A stretch of DNA of 64,000 nucleotides from an uncultured bacterium (GCA_963704645.1 OY969926.1:768001-832000); one strand, 5' to 3'. Shown: positions 51,258 through 61,287, counted from the stretch's first letter. The notes: a model not told the origin generated them from the letters alone. Program-made: numbers and translations.

Positions 51258-51593
51258 TTGACTATTAAAATCTACGGTTTGCTAGCAGTTGAACAACAAC
51301 TTAGCCTTTTAGATTTGGGAGTTCCAAACTTCCCCTTCCCTCCGTACCTAGCAAGAATAACTGTTCTCCCAGAGAATATACGATATTCTTCACCTTGGTT
51401 TGACAAATGTACTAGAAATGGTGACGGAAGCCTTCCAATTTTCACAATTGTAAACCTTAATAGGTACACGGCTGACTGGTGTGGAAATTATGTTATAGCT
51501 ACGGTAGAATATAGACAAATTACTCCGTATATGGAAGGTCCAGGTTTTATATCAAGAGCGATTGCTGATCCAAATCTTTCACCTTGGACATAA
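51258..51593 (+). CDS. Orphan cassette protein
   Basis: 111-aa ORF (TTG start) between the duplicated promoter and terminator. Confidence 0.65.
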   Translation: MTIKIYGLLAVEQQLSLLDLGVPNFPFPPYLARITVLPENIRYSSPWFDKCTRNGDGSLPIFTIVNLNRYTADWCGNYVIATVEYRQITPYMEGPGFISRAIADPNLSPWT

Positions 51594-51664
51594 TAATTTC
51601 TCAACAACAAACCCCTCCAACCGGAGGGAATTTATTTTGGGTGGAGAATATTAATTTTTTTAAC

Positions 51665-52156
51665 TTATTTTTTTCTTCCAAGTCTTGCAGCTAAGTGAGC
51701 GAATGCTTTGTTTCCAGCGGCTGTTTGGTGAACAGAGTTACGTTTGGCAACTGCTACACCTTCGCTGTTAAAAGATTCCTTTAAAACTTGTTTAAGTTTT
51801 TGACTCATTGGCCTGCCTTTCATTTTTCTGGCCGCATCGGTAATCCAAGTTAAAGCCAATCTTAAACCTCTGGCTTCGTATGGTTCCATTGGAACTTGGT
51901 AGTTGGCTCCTCCAACACGAACGCTTTTAACTTCAATTGTAGGTCTAACGTTGTTAACTGCAGTTTCTAGTAATTCTAAAGGTGCAACTTGTAATTCTTC
52001 ACTAGCTGAATTTAAAGCTTGCGTAACAATTTTTGAAGCAACAGTTTTTTTACCATCCCACATAATTCTGTTAATTAATCTGGAAACTAAAATGCTGTGA
52101 AATGTACTATCTGGTGAAATAGTAGGTCTTTTTAATACTCGGGCGCGTCTGGACAT
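51665..52156 (-). CDS. rpsG: 30S ribosomal protein S7
   Basis: IMWDGKK, EVKSVRVGGANYQVP, NKAFAH. Confidence 0.97.
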   Translation of the reverse strand: MSRRARVLKRPTISPDSTFHSILVSRLINRIMWDGKKTVASKIVTQALNSASEELQVAPLELLETAVNNVRPTIEVKSVRVGGANYQVPMEPYEARGLRLALTWITDAARKMKGRPMSQKLKQVLKESFNSEGVAVAKRNSVHQTAAGNKAFAHLAARLGRKK

Positions 52157-52282
52157 GTGATATATTTGTTATTAATTGGTGAAGGAACATAGAAAAATTG
52201 TCAACTTTAGCTTCAAATTTCTAAATTAAAGTTAAAAGTAGGTTGCTAAAACCACATAAATAGTTCTTAAGTAAAATTAATT

Positions 52283-52726
52283 ATGGAAAAAAATCTAAAT
52301 GTTGAAATTAAACAACTAACTAAATTTGAAGAGGTGCTGGACTTTGAAGAATTAATAAAAGAATTGCTAGAACATTCTGATCAGGGTAAAATATCTAGTT
52401 CGTTTAATACTCTTAAGATTCAGGGGGTAGAATTTATTGGTGTTTACTTAAAAAATATTCCCGTAGGTTTCGCTCAATATATTATCACTACCAATTTGGA
52501 AAATTACAAGCAGTTACGTTTAGATGAAATAGTTGTTAGCTCACAATTTCGTGGTAGTGGTGTTGGTAAATTCATAATGACTCATTTAGAAAAAATAGCT
52601 AAAAAAAATGACTGTCGAGTAATGTTTTTGGCAACTAGTATTAGAAATTCTAAAGCACAGAAATTCTACTTAAATTTAGGGTTTGCAGTCGGATCCTTTT
52701 ATATGTATAAACAACTTATCAATTAA
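52283..52726 (+). CDS. GNAT-family acetyltransferase
   Basis: IVVSSQFRGSGVG and AQKFYLNLGF. Confidence 0.88.
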   Translation: MEKNLNVEIKQLTKFEEVLDFEELIKELLEHSDQGKISSSFNTLKIQGVEFIGVYLKNIPVGFAQYIITTNLENYKQLRLDEIVVSSQFRGSGVGKFIMTHLEKIAKKNDCRVMFLATSIRNSKAQKFYLNLGFAVGSFYMYKQLIN

Positions 52727-52733
52727 TATTTTT

Positions 52734-54698
52734 TTATTTTGGTAATTCAAAAACGTCTTCGTTGGAGATATTGTATTCTTTGCTGTAGTTAAAAGACTTG
52801 GCTTCGTGCTTGGCTTCAACTTCTTTACGTGCAGTTTTTAAGGCTGAAAGTTTGCCCGCTAAGTTAACGTTTTTAATAGGTGCTGTTACAGAATCGGCTA
52901 GGTTGTTAATATTCTGAATTTTTAGGTTATCATTTTTAATATTAGTTTTTTCTGAGTTATTTTGAATAAATTCAGTTTTGTTGGTTTTAATTGGTCCAGT
53001 ATTATTTCCATTACTTTCTCTTGTACCAGCATCTAAATATGGGTTGAATTTCTTTTTTCTAGGCTTAAATTCTTCACCAGAATTCTGATTGTTTTGAAAG
53101 TTGTCGTTTATATTCTGACCTTCTTTAAAGTTTCTCGGTTTATACTCCCTTTGGTTGTTTTGAGAAAAATTATCTCTGTTTTGATTGTTATTGTATGGTC
53201 TGTCTCCATTATTATATCCCCCATTAGAATTTCCGCGGTTATAATTGTTTTGACCAGCATATCCACCTTGTCCTCCAGAATAATTTCCTGTATTTGGTCT
53301 GTAATTTTGTCCGCCAGAAAAGCCTTCTTTGCTTCCTAATTGCTCTTCTTCTATTCCAAATTCTTTTTCTAACCATTCGTTAATAATTTTCTTTACCTCA
53401 ACTTTTGGTTTACCATAAATTTGCCTAGAAAGCTCTGTAACAATTTGTAATCTTCCACCAACCTTACTAAAAATATCTGCCATTGTGTTGGCTAAAAACG
53501 GAGCTGGAGCTTTACCTTCAATTAATAACTTTAAAGCCACTTGGGTTTTGTTAAGCGAAATTAATTGTTGGGAAGTAAATACTGGTTCAAATTCCTTTTC
53601 AATTCTGTAAGCATCATCAGAGCCAATTCTGAAGGCTATCATGGTTCCAACGTTTCCAAACACAGCATTACGTACTTTTTCGTTGCCGCTTTCGGTTAAT
53701 TGGGAAATATATTGATGAGCTAAAATTAAACTTAAACGATATTTTCTAGCTTCAGATAAAATTGTAGCAAAACTATCGGTGGTAAAGTTTTGGAACTCAT
53801 CTACGTATAAATAAAAATCTTTTCTATCTTCTTCGTTAGGAATATCTACTCTACTCATGGCGGCTAGCTGAATTTTGGTAATGAGCAAACTTCCAAGTAA
53901 GCTGGAATTGTCTTCCCCAAGTCTACCTTTAGACAAATTAACTATTAAAATTTTCCTGTTATCCATTATATCTCTAAGGTCGAAAGTGCTTTTTTCTTGG
54001 CCTAAAATGTTCCTAATTAAATCGGAAGAGAAAAACTGACCAATTTTATTTAATACAGGAGCAATGGCTTCGGTTCTATATTTATCGTTAAAACTGGCAA
54101 ATTCCTTAACCCAAAAGTTCTTCACCATGGGGTCTTTAACATTGCCTACAATATAGCTTCTAAATTCCTTGTCGGTAAGCATTCTTACAACACCCAGCAA
54201 AGTATTACCAGGAGTTTCTAATAAAGCTAGTAAAGTATTGTTCAAAATATATTCCATTCTAGCAGACCAAGTTCCAGCCCAAATTCTGTTAAAAACGGCC
54301 ATCATTCCAGAGGCAATTAAAAAGTGTTCTTCCCCGTGATTGGCTTCTAACATGTTAAAACCTAGCGGAAAATCGGTGTCTGACGGGTTGAAATATATTA
54401 CATCGTTTTGTCTGTGAGCAGGAATTCTGTCTAAAACATATTCGGCTAAATCTCCGTGCGGGTCCATAACACAGGCACCGTAGCCGTTGTAAATATCTTG
54501 CAAAATCATGTTTTCAAGCAGGGTGGTTTTACCCATACCAGTTTTACCCAAAATGTAGACATGCCTTCTTCTATCATCTTTTAAAATTCCAAAAGTTTTA
54601 GTTTGCCCGCGAACATTTGCTGTTCCAAAATAACACAAATCTGGACGAAGACTTAAGGAAAGTGGGCTGGTTGGGGCTTCAGGAGCAGTTTGATTCAT
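52734..54698 (-). CDS. VirD4/TraG-like (type IV coupling/HerA-FtsK superfamily) ATPase with N/G-rich low-complexity tail
   Basis: RRRHVYILGKTGMGKT, DPHGD, LYVDEFQNF, SEARKY, LAHQYISQL, FGNVGT. Confidence 0.88.
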   Translation of the reverse strand: MNQTAPEAPTSPLSLSLRPDLCYFGTANVRGQTKTFGILKDDRRRHVYILGKTGMGKTTLLENMILQDIYNGYGACVMDPHGDLAEYVLDRIPAHRQNDVIYFNPSDTDFPLGFNMLEANHGEEHFLIASGMMAVFNRIWAGTWSARMEYILNNTLLALLETPGNTLLGVVRMLTDKEFRSYIVGNVKDPMVKNFWVKEFASFNDKYRTEAIAPVLNKIGQFFSSDLIRNILGQEKSTFDLRDIMDNRKILIVNLSKGRLGEDNSSLLGSLLITKIQLAAMSRVDIPNEEDRKDFYLYVDEFQNFTTDSFATILSEARKYRLSLILAHQYISQLTESGNEKVRNAVFGNVGTMIAFRIGSDDAYRIEKEFEPVFTSQQLISLNKTQVALKLLIEGKAPAPFLANTMADIFSKVGGRLQIVTELSRQIYGKPKVEVKKIINEWLEKEFGIEEEQLGSKEGFSGGQNYRPNTGNYSGGQGGYAGQNNYNRGNSNGGYNNGDRPYNNNQNRDNFSQNNQREYKPRNFKEGQNINDNFQNNQNSGEEFKPRKKKFNPYLDAGTRESNGNNTGPIKTNKTEFIQNNSEKTNIKNDNLKIQNINNLADSVTAPIKNVNLAGKLSALKTARKEVEAKHEAKSFNYSKEYNISNEDVFELPK

Positions 54699-54850
54699 AA
54701 AAATATAACCAATTTTCCTTAATTTTACGGCTTTTTATGCCCTTTGTCAAGGTGGAGTGTAAGGTGATTAAGAAGTAAGGCTCGCTGTTTACAATACTTG
54801 AAAAAAGTGTTTTGATTGAGGGGGTAAAAGTACTATTGAAAGGTAATTAA

Positions 54851-55120
54851 ATGGAAGCTAAATTGGCCATGCTAATTTATGAATCCGATTCTAAATTGGG
54901 GTCAAACGATCATATAGGGCAAATTCCCTCTAACGAGACTGATGCTGTAAATATTATTGAGCATACTGCTAGAATTGGACAAGGCGAAGTTGTGTTAAAA
55001 TGTGGAACTACATTAAAATATCATTCCATGAAATCGTTTTTGAATATAACTCCTAATTTAATAACTCACAGGCTTATTTTGTTGCATAATGCTGACAATC
55101 CAAGTTGGACAGTTTACTAG
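54851..55120 (+). CDS. Orphan cassette protein
   Basis: 89 aa; followed by hairpin 55127-55160 duplicated at 55564. Confidence 0.65.
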   Translation: MEAKLAMLIYESDSKLGSNDHIGQIPSNETDAVNIIEHTARIGQGEVVLKCGTTLKYHSMKSFLNITPNLITHRLILLHNADNPSWTVY

Positions 55121-55284
55121 ATTATGCTAACGGTTTTGCACTATGCAGGCCGTTATTTTTTTGGGAAGTTTTAGGGCGAGGTTGATTTTTTAAATTCGAA
55201 TTTATTATGTTTACAAGGTTTGTAAAGTGTGTAACTTGTGAGTTGGTAATGATTTGAAATTAGTTAAATAAGGTAAATCACAGC

Positions 55285-55542
55285 ATGAGTGCACAAATAC
55301 ATATTTTTAGTTCAAAAGAAAACAAACTGCCAACTCGATCGTACGAGTTAAACTTACAACTGGGTGAAAATGAGGAGGACGCTATTAAGAATTTGAACGG
55401 TTCCAGATTCCACAATGGATCTCCAAGTGATGAGATTTGGTTTTGGGAAACTGTTAAAGATGCTGGTGGTAATAATATCCATAAGTTTATTATTTTCTCA
55501 GCACCGCTAGCGATGCCTCCGGATCATCTTACTCTATTTTAA
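55285..55542 (+). CDS. Orphan cassette protein, weakly similar to 54851-55120
   Basis: 85 aa; NEEDAI vs NETDAV; same terminator family. Confidence 0.65.
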   Translation: MSAQIHIFSSKENKLPTRSYELNLQLGENEEDAIKNLNGSRFHNGSPSDEIWFWETVKDAGGNNIHKFIIFSAPLAMPPDHLTLF

Positions 55543-55693
55543 TAATCTATTGCTTGAATATTACTAACGGTTTTGCACTACGCAGACCGTTAATTTTTTT
55601 TGGGAAATCTCAGAGAAAAAGTTGACCTTTTATTTAAAATAGTTTAACTTTTAAATTATTAATCAGCAAATTTGGTTAAAATCAATATTTTTT

Positions 55694-55960
55694 ATGCAAA
55701 GCATTTCCTCTAAAAATTTACGTTTGAACTTGGGTAAAATACTTCAATTGGTAGCAAATGGTAATGAATACGAAATTACTTTTCAAAAGAAAGTTGTGGG
55801 TAAAATTGTTCCTGTAAATTCTAATGTAAAATCTGGTAAAAAAATGGTTCAGTTTTTGGAATCGGAAAAATTTGCAAGTCAGAAAATTCCTGAAAAGTTA
55901 AAAAATTATTCAAATTTCAAAGATTTTCACAAAGAAAATTATAGTAAATATGATAATTAA
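55694..55960 (+). CDS. Phd/YefM-family antitoxin
   Basis: ISSKNLRLNLGKILQLVANGNEYEIT...VGKIVP. Confidence 0.82.
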   Translation: MQSISSKNLRLNLGKILQLVANGNEYEITFQKKVVGKIVPVNSNVKSGKKMVQFLESEKFASQKIPEKLKNYSNFKDFHKENYSKYDN

Positions 55961-56366
55961 AGATTATACGGAAGAAGAGAATGAAGTTATGAAAGAAAGT
56001 ATTTTGTTAGATGCAAGTGCATTGTTAGAATTATATTTACGAAGACCTAAAAGCTTAGAAATTCATAATATTTTAAAAGAATTTGAGGAAGTTAACATTA
56101 CTTTAATTTCAGTGGGAGTTCTTTTTTATTACGCTGAAAAGGAAAAGCTAGATATACAAATTGCTGAATTTTTAGTGGAAACTTGTAACATTTTAACTAT
56201 GTCTGAATCTACCTACAAAATGGCTAAGCAAATTTATAATAAGAAAGATTTGGAAGATGCTTTGCAAATTGCTTGTGCGAAGGAAAACAACATTGAAACA
56301 GTCTTAACTTTAGATAAGCAAATGGCTAAAAAATATGGTGAGATTGTGAATATTGTTTTGGTTTGA
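55950..56366 (+). CDS. PIN-domain (VapC-like) toxin
   Basis: ILLDASAL, DLEDALQIACA, LTLD; overlaps the antitoxin. Confidence 0.85.
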   Translation: MIIKDYTEEENEVMKESILLDASALLELYLRRPKSLEIHNILKEFEEVNITLISVGVLFYYAEKEKLDIQIAEFLVETCNILTMSESTYKMAKQIYNKKDLEDALQIACAKENNIETVLTLDKQMAKKYGEIVNIVLV

Positions 56367-56567
56367 TGTTGGGCTTCGTTTAGACTAGAAATGGTAATTA
56401 GGCATTGCGGCAACTACCCCGAAACCTTTGGTTTCACCCCTAGATAGGGGTACTTTTGCTTTGGTTTAACTTAAGTTTACACTTCTTGTGACTTGTTTCA
56501 TTGATTGAATTTCAAAATGGGTGGGCGACGCGGGGATTGCACCTACGGAATTTTTCCTAATAATTTG

Positions 56568-57452
56568 CTACTTTAAAAAAATTTTAATTTCTTCTAGAAC
56601 TTCTTTTTCGGCTTGAATGTGAATTGCGTGTCTGGCGTTTTCAATAACGATTAGCTGGGAGTTAGCTAGTTTTGAATGAATAACTTTGGCTTGCCATAAT
56701 GGGGTTTGAACGTCTTGTTTTCCCCATAAAATTAAAGTTTTGTTAGGCACATTTTCTAGTAAATTAGTGTAATCTTCTTTAATAACTTTTAGGAAAATTT
56801 TAGCCATAATGTTGTTTGAATCTTGGCTTGAATTTAAATAATCGGTTGAACCATAAAATTTATAAACTATTTTGCGAAGTTTTTTATAAACAGACTCAAG
56901 TTTTAAAGAAAGTAGTATGTGCTTGGAAAGACTGAAAATATTTTGGATATTATTTTTAATAAAGCTTGTTGCGGGGCGGACAATTGCGGGCGATAACAGA
57001 ATAAGTTGAGGTTCACAATCAGGTTTTAGATCTCCGTTTGAAACTAATGAATTATCGACTGAATCACTTTCAAGCTTTAATAAGTACTCAGATGAAAATT
57101 GATGCAAATAGTGAACAGCAATAGCTCCACCAAAAGAATGAGCTAAAATTATATCTGGTTGAACTTCAAATTTATCTAAAAAGACTTTAATAAAACTTGC
57201 GTATTCTGCAGCTCCCCAAATTTCATTCGGCTGCTCAGATTTTCCAAAGCCGGGTAGGTCTAAACTCCAAATTTCATAATTGGGCATTTGCCCAGCTAGT
57301 TTGTCTAAAAAGCTTTGCCAATTTTCTGTTCCTTTGGTTGCCCAGCCGTGTAGAACCAATACAGTTTTAGATTTTTCACTGTTTCTTTTTTGGAAAAAAA
57401 TTTCTAGATCCTGAAGATTTATTTTTTGAAATAGAGGTTGATGCAGGGGCAT
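56568..57452 (-). CDS. Alpha/beta-fold hydrolase
   Basis: LHGW, DLPGFGKS, AHSFGG, ILWGKQD, terminal H. Confidence 0.9.
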   Translation of the reverse strand: MPLHQPLFQKINLQDLEIFFQKRNSEKSKTVLVLHGWATKGTENWQSFLDKLAGQMPNYEIWSLDLPGFGKSEQPNEIWGAAEYASFIKVFLDKFEVQPDIILAHSFGGAIAVHYLHQFSSEYLLKLESDSVDNSLVSNGDLKPDCEPQLILLSPAIVRPATSFIKNNIQNIFSLSKHILLSLKLESVYKKLRKIVYKFYGSTDYLNSSQDSNNIMAKIFLKVIKEDYTNLLENVPNKTLILWGKQDVQTPLWQAKVIHSKLANSQLIVIENARHAIHIQAEKEVLEEIKIFLK

Positions 57453-57626
57453 GGTTTGATTATGATTGAATTTTTAAAATAGATGGCTCGTAAACTTCGC
57501 CGCTACGAAATGCATTAATTCTTAAAATTGGCGGTGGGTGTGGCGACGCGGTGGTCGCCGCTACATGTTAAATTTAAACTGAAAATTTGTTTTGACAAGA
57601 TGGGGGTTCAAAATCATAACCTAAGT

Positions 57627-59054
57627 ATGAATCAAGTTGCTACTAGAACCAAAGAAAGAAACTCTAATTATAGAAATGATGGCAAAGAAAGTAATGCAAA
57701 CATGCTGGGAATTATTCCAAAAGATATTGAAGCAGAGCAGTCTATATTAGGTTCTATTTTGTTAAATGCCAAAATTTTGGATGAGGTGGCAGATTTGTTA
57801 AAAGCAGAGTTTTTTTTGGAACCTTTGAATGCAATTTTATACAAGTTATTCTTGGAATTGTGGCAAAACCAAAGACCAATTGATATTTTGTTTATTTTAG
57901 ATGCTTTAAAGGGGAAGGAAGTTGATATAGATAAAGACTATTTGTTGGAATTAATTTCTAAATCTTCTTTGTCTTCAACCCCAATTGAAACAGCTAAAAT
58001 TTTAAAGGAAAAGTATATTTTACGTTCTATAATGCAAGTTGCCGACAAATTAAAGTTGGAAGCTGGAAACGAAAATGACAAAGCTGATGAAATTTTAGAT
58101 GCAGCACAACGCCAACTATACGAAGTTTCTTTGGCTAACGTTGATAAAAATTTTGTGTCTATTAACGAGGTTTTGGTAGAAAGTTTTGAAAGAATAAGCC
58201 ATTTATACAACAATAAAGTAGATTTTCGTGGTATTCCAACAGGTTTCACCGATTTAGACGGAATTTTAGGTGGTTTACACTCTTCAGATTTAATTATTTT
58301 AGCGGCCAGACCTTCTATGGGTAAAACCTCACTTTCTTTGGAAATAGTTAAAAGAATAGCTTTAATGCAGAAAGTTGGAGTTGCTTTTTTCAGTTTGGAA
58401 ATGAGTAGAGATCAATTGTGCGATAAGTTTATTTCTTCTGTATCTGGAATTAGTTTGGGTAAAATTAGAACCGGACATTTATCAGATGACCCAGCAGATA
58501 ACGAATTTACAAGGCTGGGTTCAGCTATTGGACAATTAGATCAGGCTCCTATTTGGATTGATGATTCTGGTAGTTTGAACATTTTGGAACTTAGAACTAA
58601 GGCAAGACGTTTAAAATCTAGGCACAATGTTGGTTTAATTATTATAGACTACCTTCAACTTATGAGTGGAAAAGGTGATAAGTTTTACAACGGTAACCGT
58701 GTGCAAGAGGTTTCAGATATTTCCCGTGGTTTAAAAATGTTGTCTAAAGAACTGCAAATTCCAATTGTGGCTTTGTCCCAACTTTCACGTAGCGTAGAGG
58801 GTAGGGAAGACAAACGCCCAATGCTATCCGATCTTCGTGAATCTGGATCTATTGAGCAAGATGCCGATATTGTTATGTTCATTCACCGTGATGAAATGTA
58901 CAATAAAGAGTCTAAGAAAAAGGGCATTGCGGAAATATTAATTGCCAAACACAGAAACGGAGAAACTGGAACGGTAGAATTGGCTTGGGTTCACAAATTG
59001 GCCACTTTTGATAATTTAGCAGGGGCAAGAACTTCGGGTAGGGTGAATGAATAG
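57627..59054 (+). CDS. dnaB: Replicative DNA helicase DnaB
   Basis: EAEQSILGSILL, AARPSMGKT, FSLEM, IDYLQL, LSQLSR, SDLRESGSIEQDAD, KHRNGETG. Confidence 0.97.
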   Translation: MNQVATRTKERNSNYRNDGKESNANMLGIIPKDIEAEQSILGSILLNAKILDEVADLLKAEFFLEPLNAILYKLFLELWQNQRPIDILFILDALKGKEVDIDKDYLLELISKSSLSSTPIETAKILKEKYILRSIMQVADKLKLEAGNENDKADEILDAAQRQLYEVSLANVDKNFVSINEVLVESFERISHLYNNKVDFRGIPTGFTDLDGILGGLHSSDLIILAARPSMGKTSLSLEIVKRIALMQKVGVAFFSLEMSRDQLCDKFISSVSGISLGKIRTGHLSDDPADNEFTRLGSAIGQLDQAPIWIDDSGSLNILELRTKARRLKSRHNVGLIIIDYLQLMSGKGDKFYNGNRVQEVSDISRGLKMLSKELQIPIVALSQLSRSVEGREDKRPMLSDLRESGSIEQDADIVMFIHRDEMYNKESKKKGIAEILIAKHRNGETGTVELAWVHKLATFDNLAGARTSGRVNE

Positions 59055-59247
59055 TTTATAATCTATTAAATATATTCTTACAGCAAAGAAAGTTATAAAG
59101 CCAGCTCTCGATCTAGACTTTTTCTTAGTCAATATTTTGAGAAGTCGTTGTCGCCAAATAAAACTTCATATCAATATAAATTATTTACAAACTTTAAAAT
59201 TTGCTTTTAGCTTCAATTGTTCTTTAACACTACTTTTATGAGGTTAA

Positions 59248-59739
59248 ATGTTAACACATAGATATGACATTACACTAGGTTGTTTATTACCTGGAATTTT
59301 AATTGAGGAAAACAAGAAGGGAGAGCTGGGTATAGTAGTTGGAAATTCTTTTGTTAGATTTGCCGAAGGATTTAATCCCGAGTTGGACGATGATGGCTTA
59401 CTTTTGGAGTGTGGGATTTTTAAACCCCAAAAGGGTAGGAACGAGAATGAATACTTTCTAACAGAAGTTTCTGCCGGTAATCTTTGTGGAGAATTGAAAT
59501 GTGCTTTGATTTATCTAAATACTTTTACAACACATGAATCAAACGACAATGGTTCGATTTCAGGCCAATCTGATGCACCAAGACCAAGGGTTATTGCATC
59601 TGGCCACCCTTCAACAAAAAATTACTCTGTAGCAAGTTTGATTGTCCTACCAAATAATTCTTCGTTAGAATTTTGCATACAACTAGAAAATGTGGTTCAA
59701 AGAATTTATAATGATAATGGAATTATTATTCTTTCTTAG
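59248..59739 (+). CDS. Orphan hypothetical protein
   Basis: 163-aa ORF with GAGGT RBS-like motif and TTTACA promoter-like box. Confidence 0.65.
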   Translation: MLTHRYDITLGCLLPGILIEENKKGELGIVVGNSFVRFAEGFNPELDDDGLLLECGIFKPQKGRNENEYFLTEVSAGNLCGELKCALIYLNTFTTHESNDNGSISGQSDAPRPRVIASGHPSTKNYSVASLIVLPNNSSLEFCIQLENVVQRIYNDNGIIILS

Positions 59740-59892
59740 AACAACTAATTCTGTTGATTTATTTTCACTCTGTATTTATACATGGTTTTTTGTTTCCAAA
59801 TTTTATAAGGTTTTGACCTTAAGCATAATATAGACTAAACTGTGAGCATATATAACTAGCTTACTAGTTTTGCAAACAAATAATAAAACAAA

Positions 59893-61197
59893 GTGCCTGA
59901 GCTCAACAATACTTTAGCTATAGCAAATAGTGTTAATTCAAACTCAAAACTAAATATAAAAAATATTTTGAAAGTTTATAAATTGGAAGCAATTGTCCTT
60001 GCTTGTGCAATGTTTTTCTTTTTAATAAGTTTAAGCTTTTTAGTTGCGAATAATAACACTACTTCCAAGCAGCTGCAAGATCGGCAAAACTCAGAAGTCG
60101 TTTTAACTGAAACTAAGACAAGCTCACCCAATACACCAATATCTGCAGTCGAACCAAGCCCAAGCCCTTTAAATATTCAAGATAATGAAATAAGAAAAAT
60201 ATTTCCAGATAAAAGAATTGCTTACACTTGGAGAAAAGATAATTCACAGGTAATTTATAATTCTAATGTAGATTTTTCAGACAAAAAATTGATATTGAAT
60301 ACCGAATCTAAAGGCTATATAACAGATTTAAAAATTATTGATAATGTAATATATTTTACAGGAAAGCTAGACTCTGGCTACAGCTCGCCTGTATATAATA
60401 TACCAGAACAGGTTTATAAACTTAATAAAGATGGCTCTGGCCTTACCCAATTGTCTAACATTGGTTTTGTAGATAATGATACCAAAACTTATATAGATTT
60501 AAATGCTTTGAAATTAATAACCATTCAGCAAAGTCAGGAATATACTTTTAATCAAAAAAGTTTGTACTCTAAATTATGGATATCTAACTTAGATGGTTCC
60601 AACAAACAATTAATTAGAGATAGAAATTTTGGTAGATCTTATATGGAAAATGTAGAAAGTTTTGCCATAAGTAAAAACGCTAAAAGAATTTCGTATTTGG
60701 TAAAAAGAACTAATCTTTCTTCTAGCTCTGCCGAAAACAGAATTATAACTGTAGATACGAACGGCCAAAATGCAAAAGATATTTATTCTTCTAAAGACTT
60801 AATTAAGGGGCGTGTTTTAACATATGACTCTGGCGGAAATATTCTTTATTATTATTATATTGTTGAAAAAAACAGTAGATTTGTTTCTGAAATAGTGGCT
60901 TACAATTTTACTACCGGTGAATCTAAGAATGTTGCTGTTATTCAAAAAGATGATTTGGAAGATTTCATTTTTGATTTTAAGAATGATGAGCTTTATTTCT
61001 TGGCAAATGTGTCTAATAGGGCAGTTTATTCATATAAAACAGATAGTGGCAAACTGGAGCAGGTAATAGCTAGTGGTTTCGCTAGGTCAATTCTCTTTTT
61101 CGATGAAGATTTGTCTTTAATTTATATAAATAGTGAAAATGGAGTTACACCTATTTACAACAATAATCTGTGGGGGCAGTATAACTTAAACAATTAG
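59893..61197 (+). CDS. Membrane-anchored TolB-like beta-propeller protein
   Basis: TM helix, repeated ..N.DGS... blades; paralogous to the C-half of 61288-63378. Confidence 0.75.
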   Translation: MPELNNTLAIANSVNSNSKLNIKNILKVYKLEAIVLACAMFFFLISLSFLVANNNTTSKQLQDRQNSEVVLTETKTSSPNTPISAVEPSPSPLNIQDNEIRKIFPDKRIAYTWRKDNSQVIYNSNVDFSDKKLILNTESKGYITDLKIIDNVIYFTGKLDSGYSSPVYNIPEQVYKLNKDGSGLTQLSNIGFVDNDTKTYIDLNALKLITIQQSQEYTFNQKSLYSKLWISNLDGSNKQLIRDRNFGRSYMENVESFAISKNAKRISYLVKRTNLSSSSAENRIITVDTNGQNAKDIYSSKDLIKGRVLTYDSGGNILYYYYIVEKNSRFVSEIVAYNFTTGESKNVAVIQKDDLEDFIFDFKNDELYFLANVSNRAVYSYKTDSGKLEQVIASGFARSILFFDEDLSLIYINSENGVTPIYNNNLWGQYNLNN

Positions 61198-61287
61198 TTA
61201 TTTTTATTTTCAGACTCAGCAGTTTTGTGTTTTAAAATAAGTTTTTGACATCGGCTATTTTGTATCTTAAAATAAGCACATAAATTT

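Noticed and set aside
57005-57085. Repeat-derived insertion in the alpha/beta hydrolase (…KPDCEPQL)
   Set aside because: Peptide echoes ACEPQ but DNA similarity to the 27-bp repeat is too weak to support.
57528-57626. N-terminal extension of DnaB
   Set aside because: Overlaps a REP-like hairpin and a TTGACA promoter box; ATG 57627 is the more plausible start.
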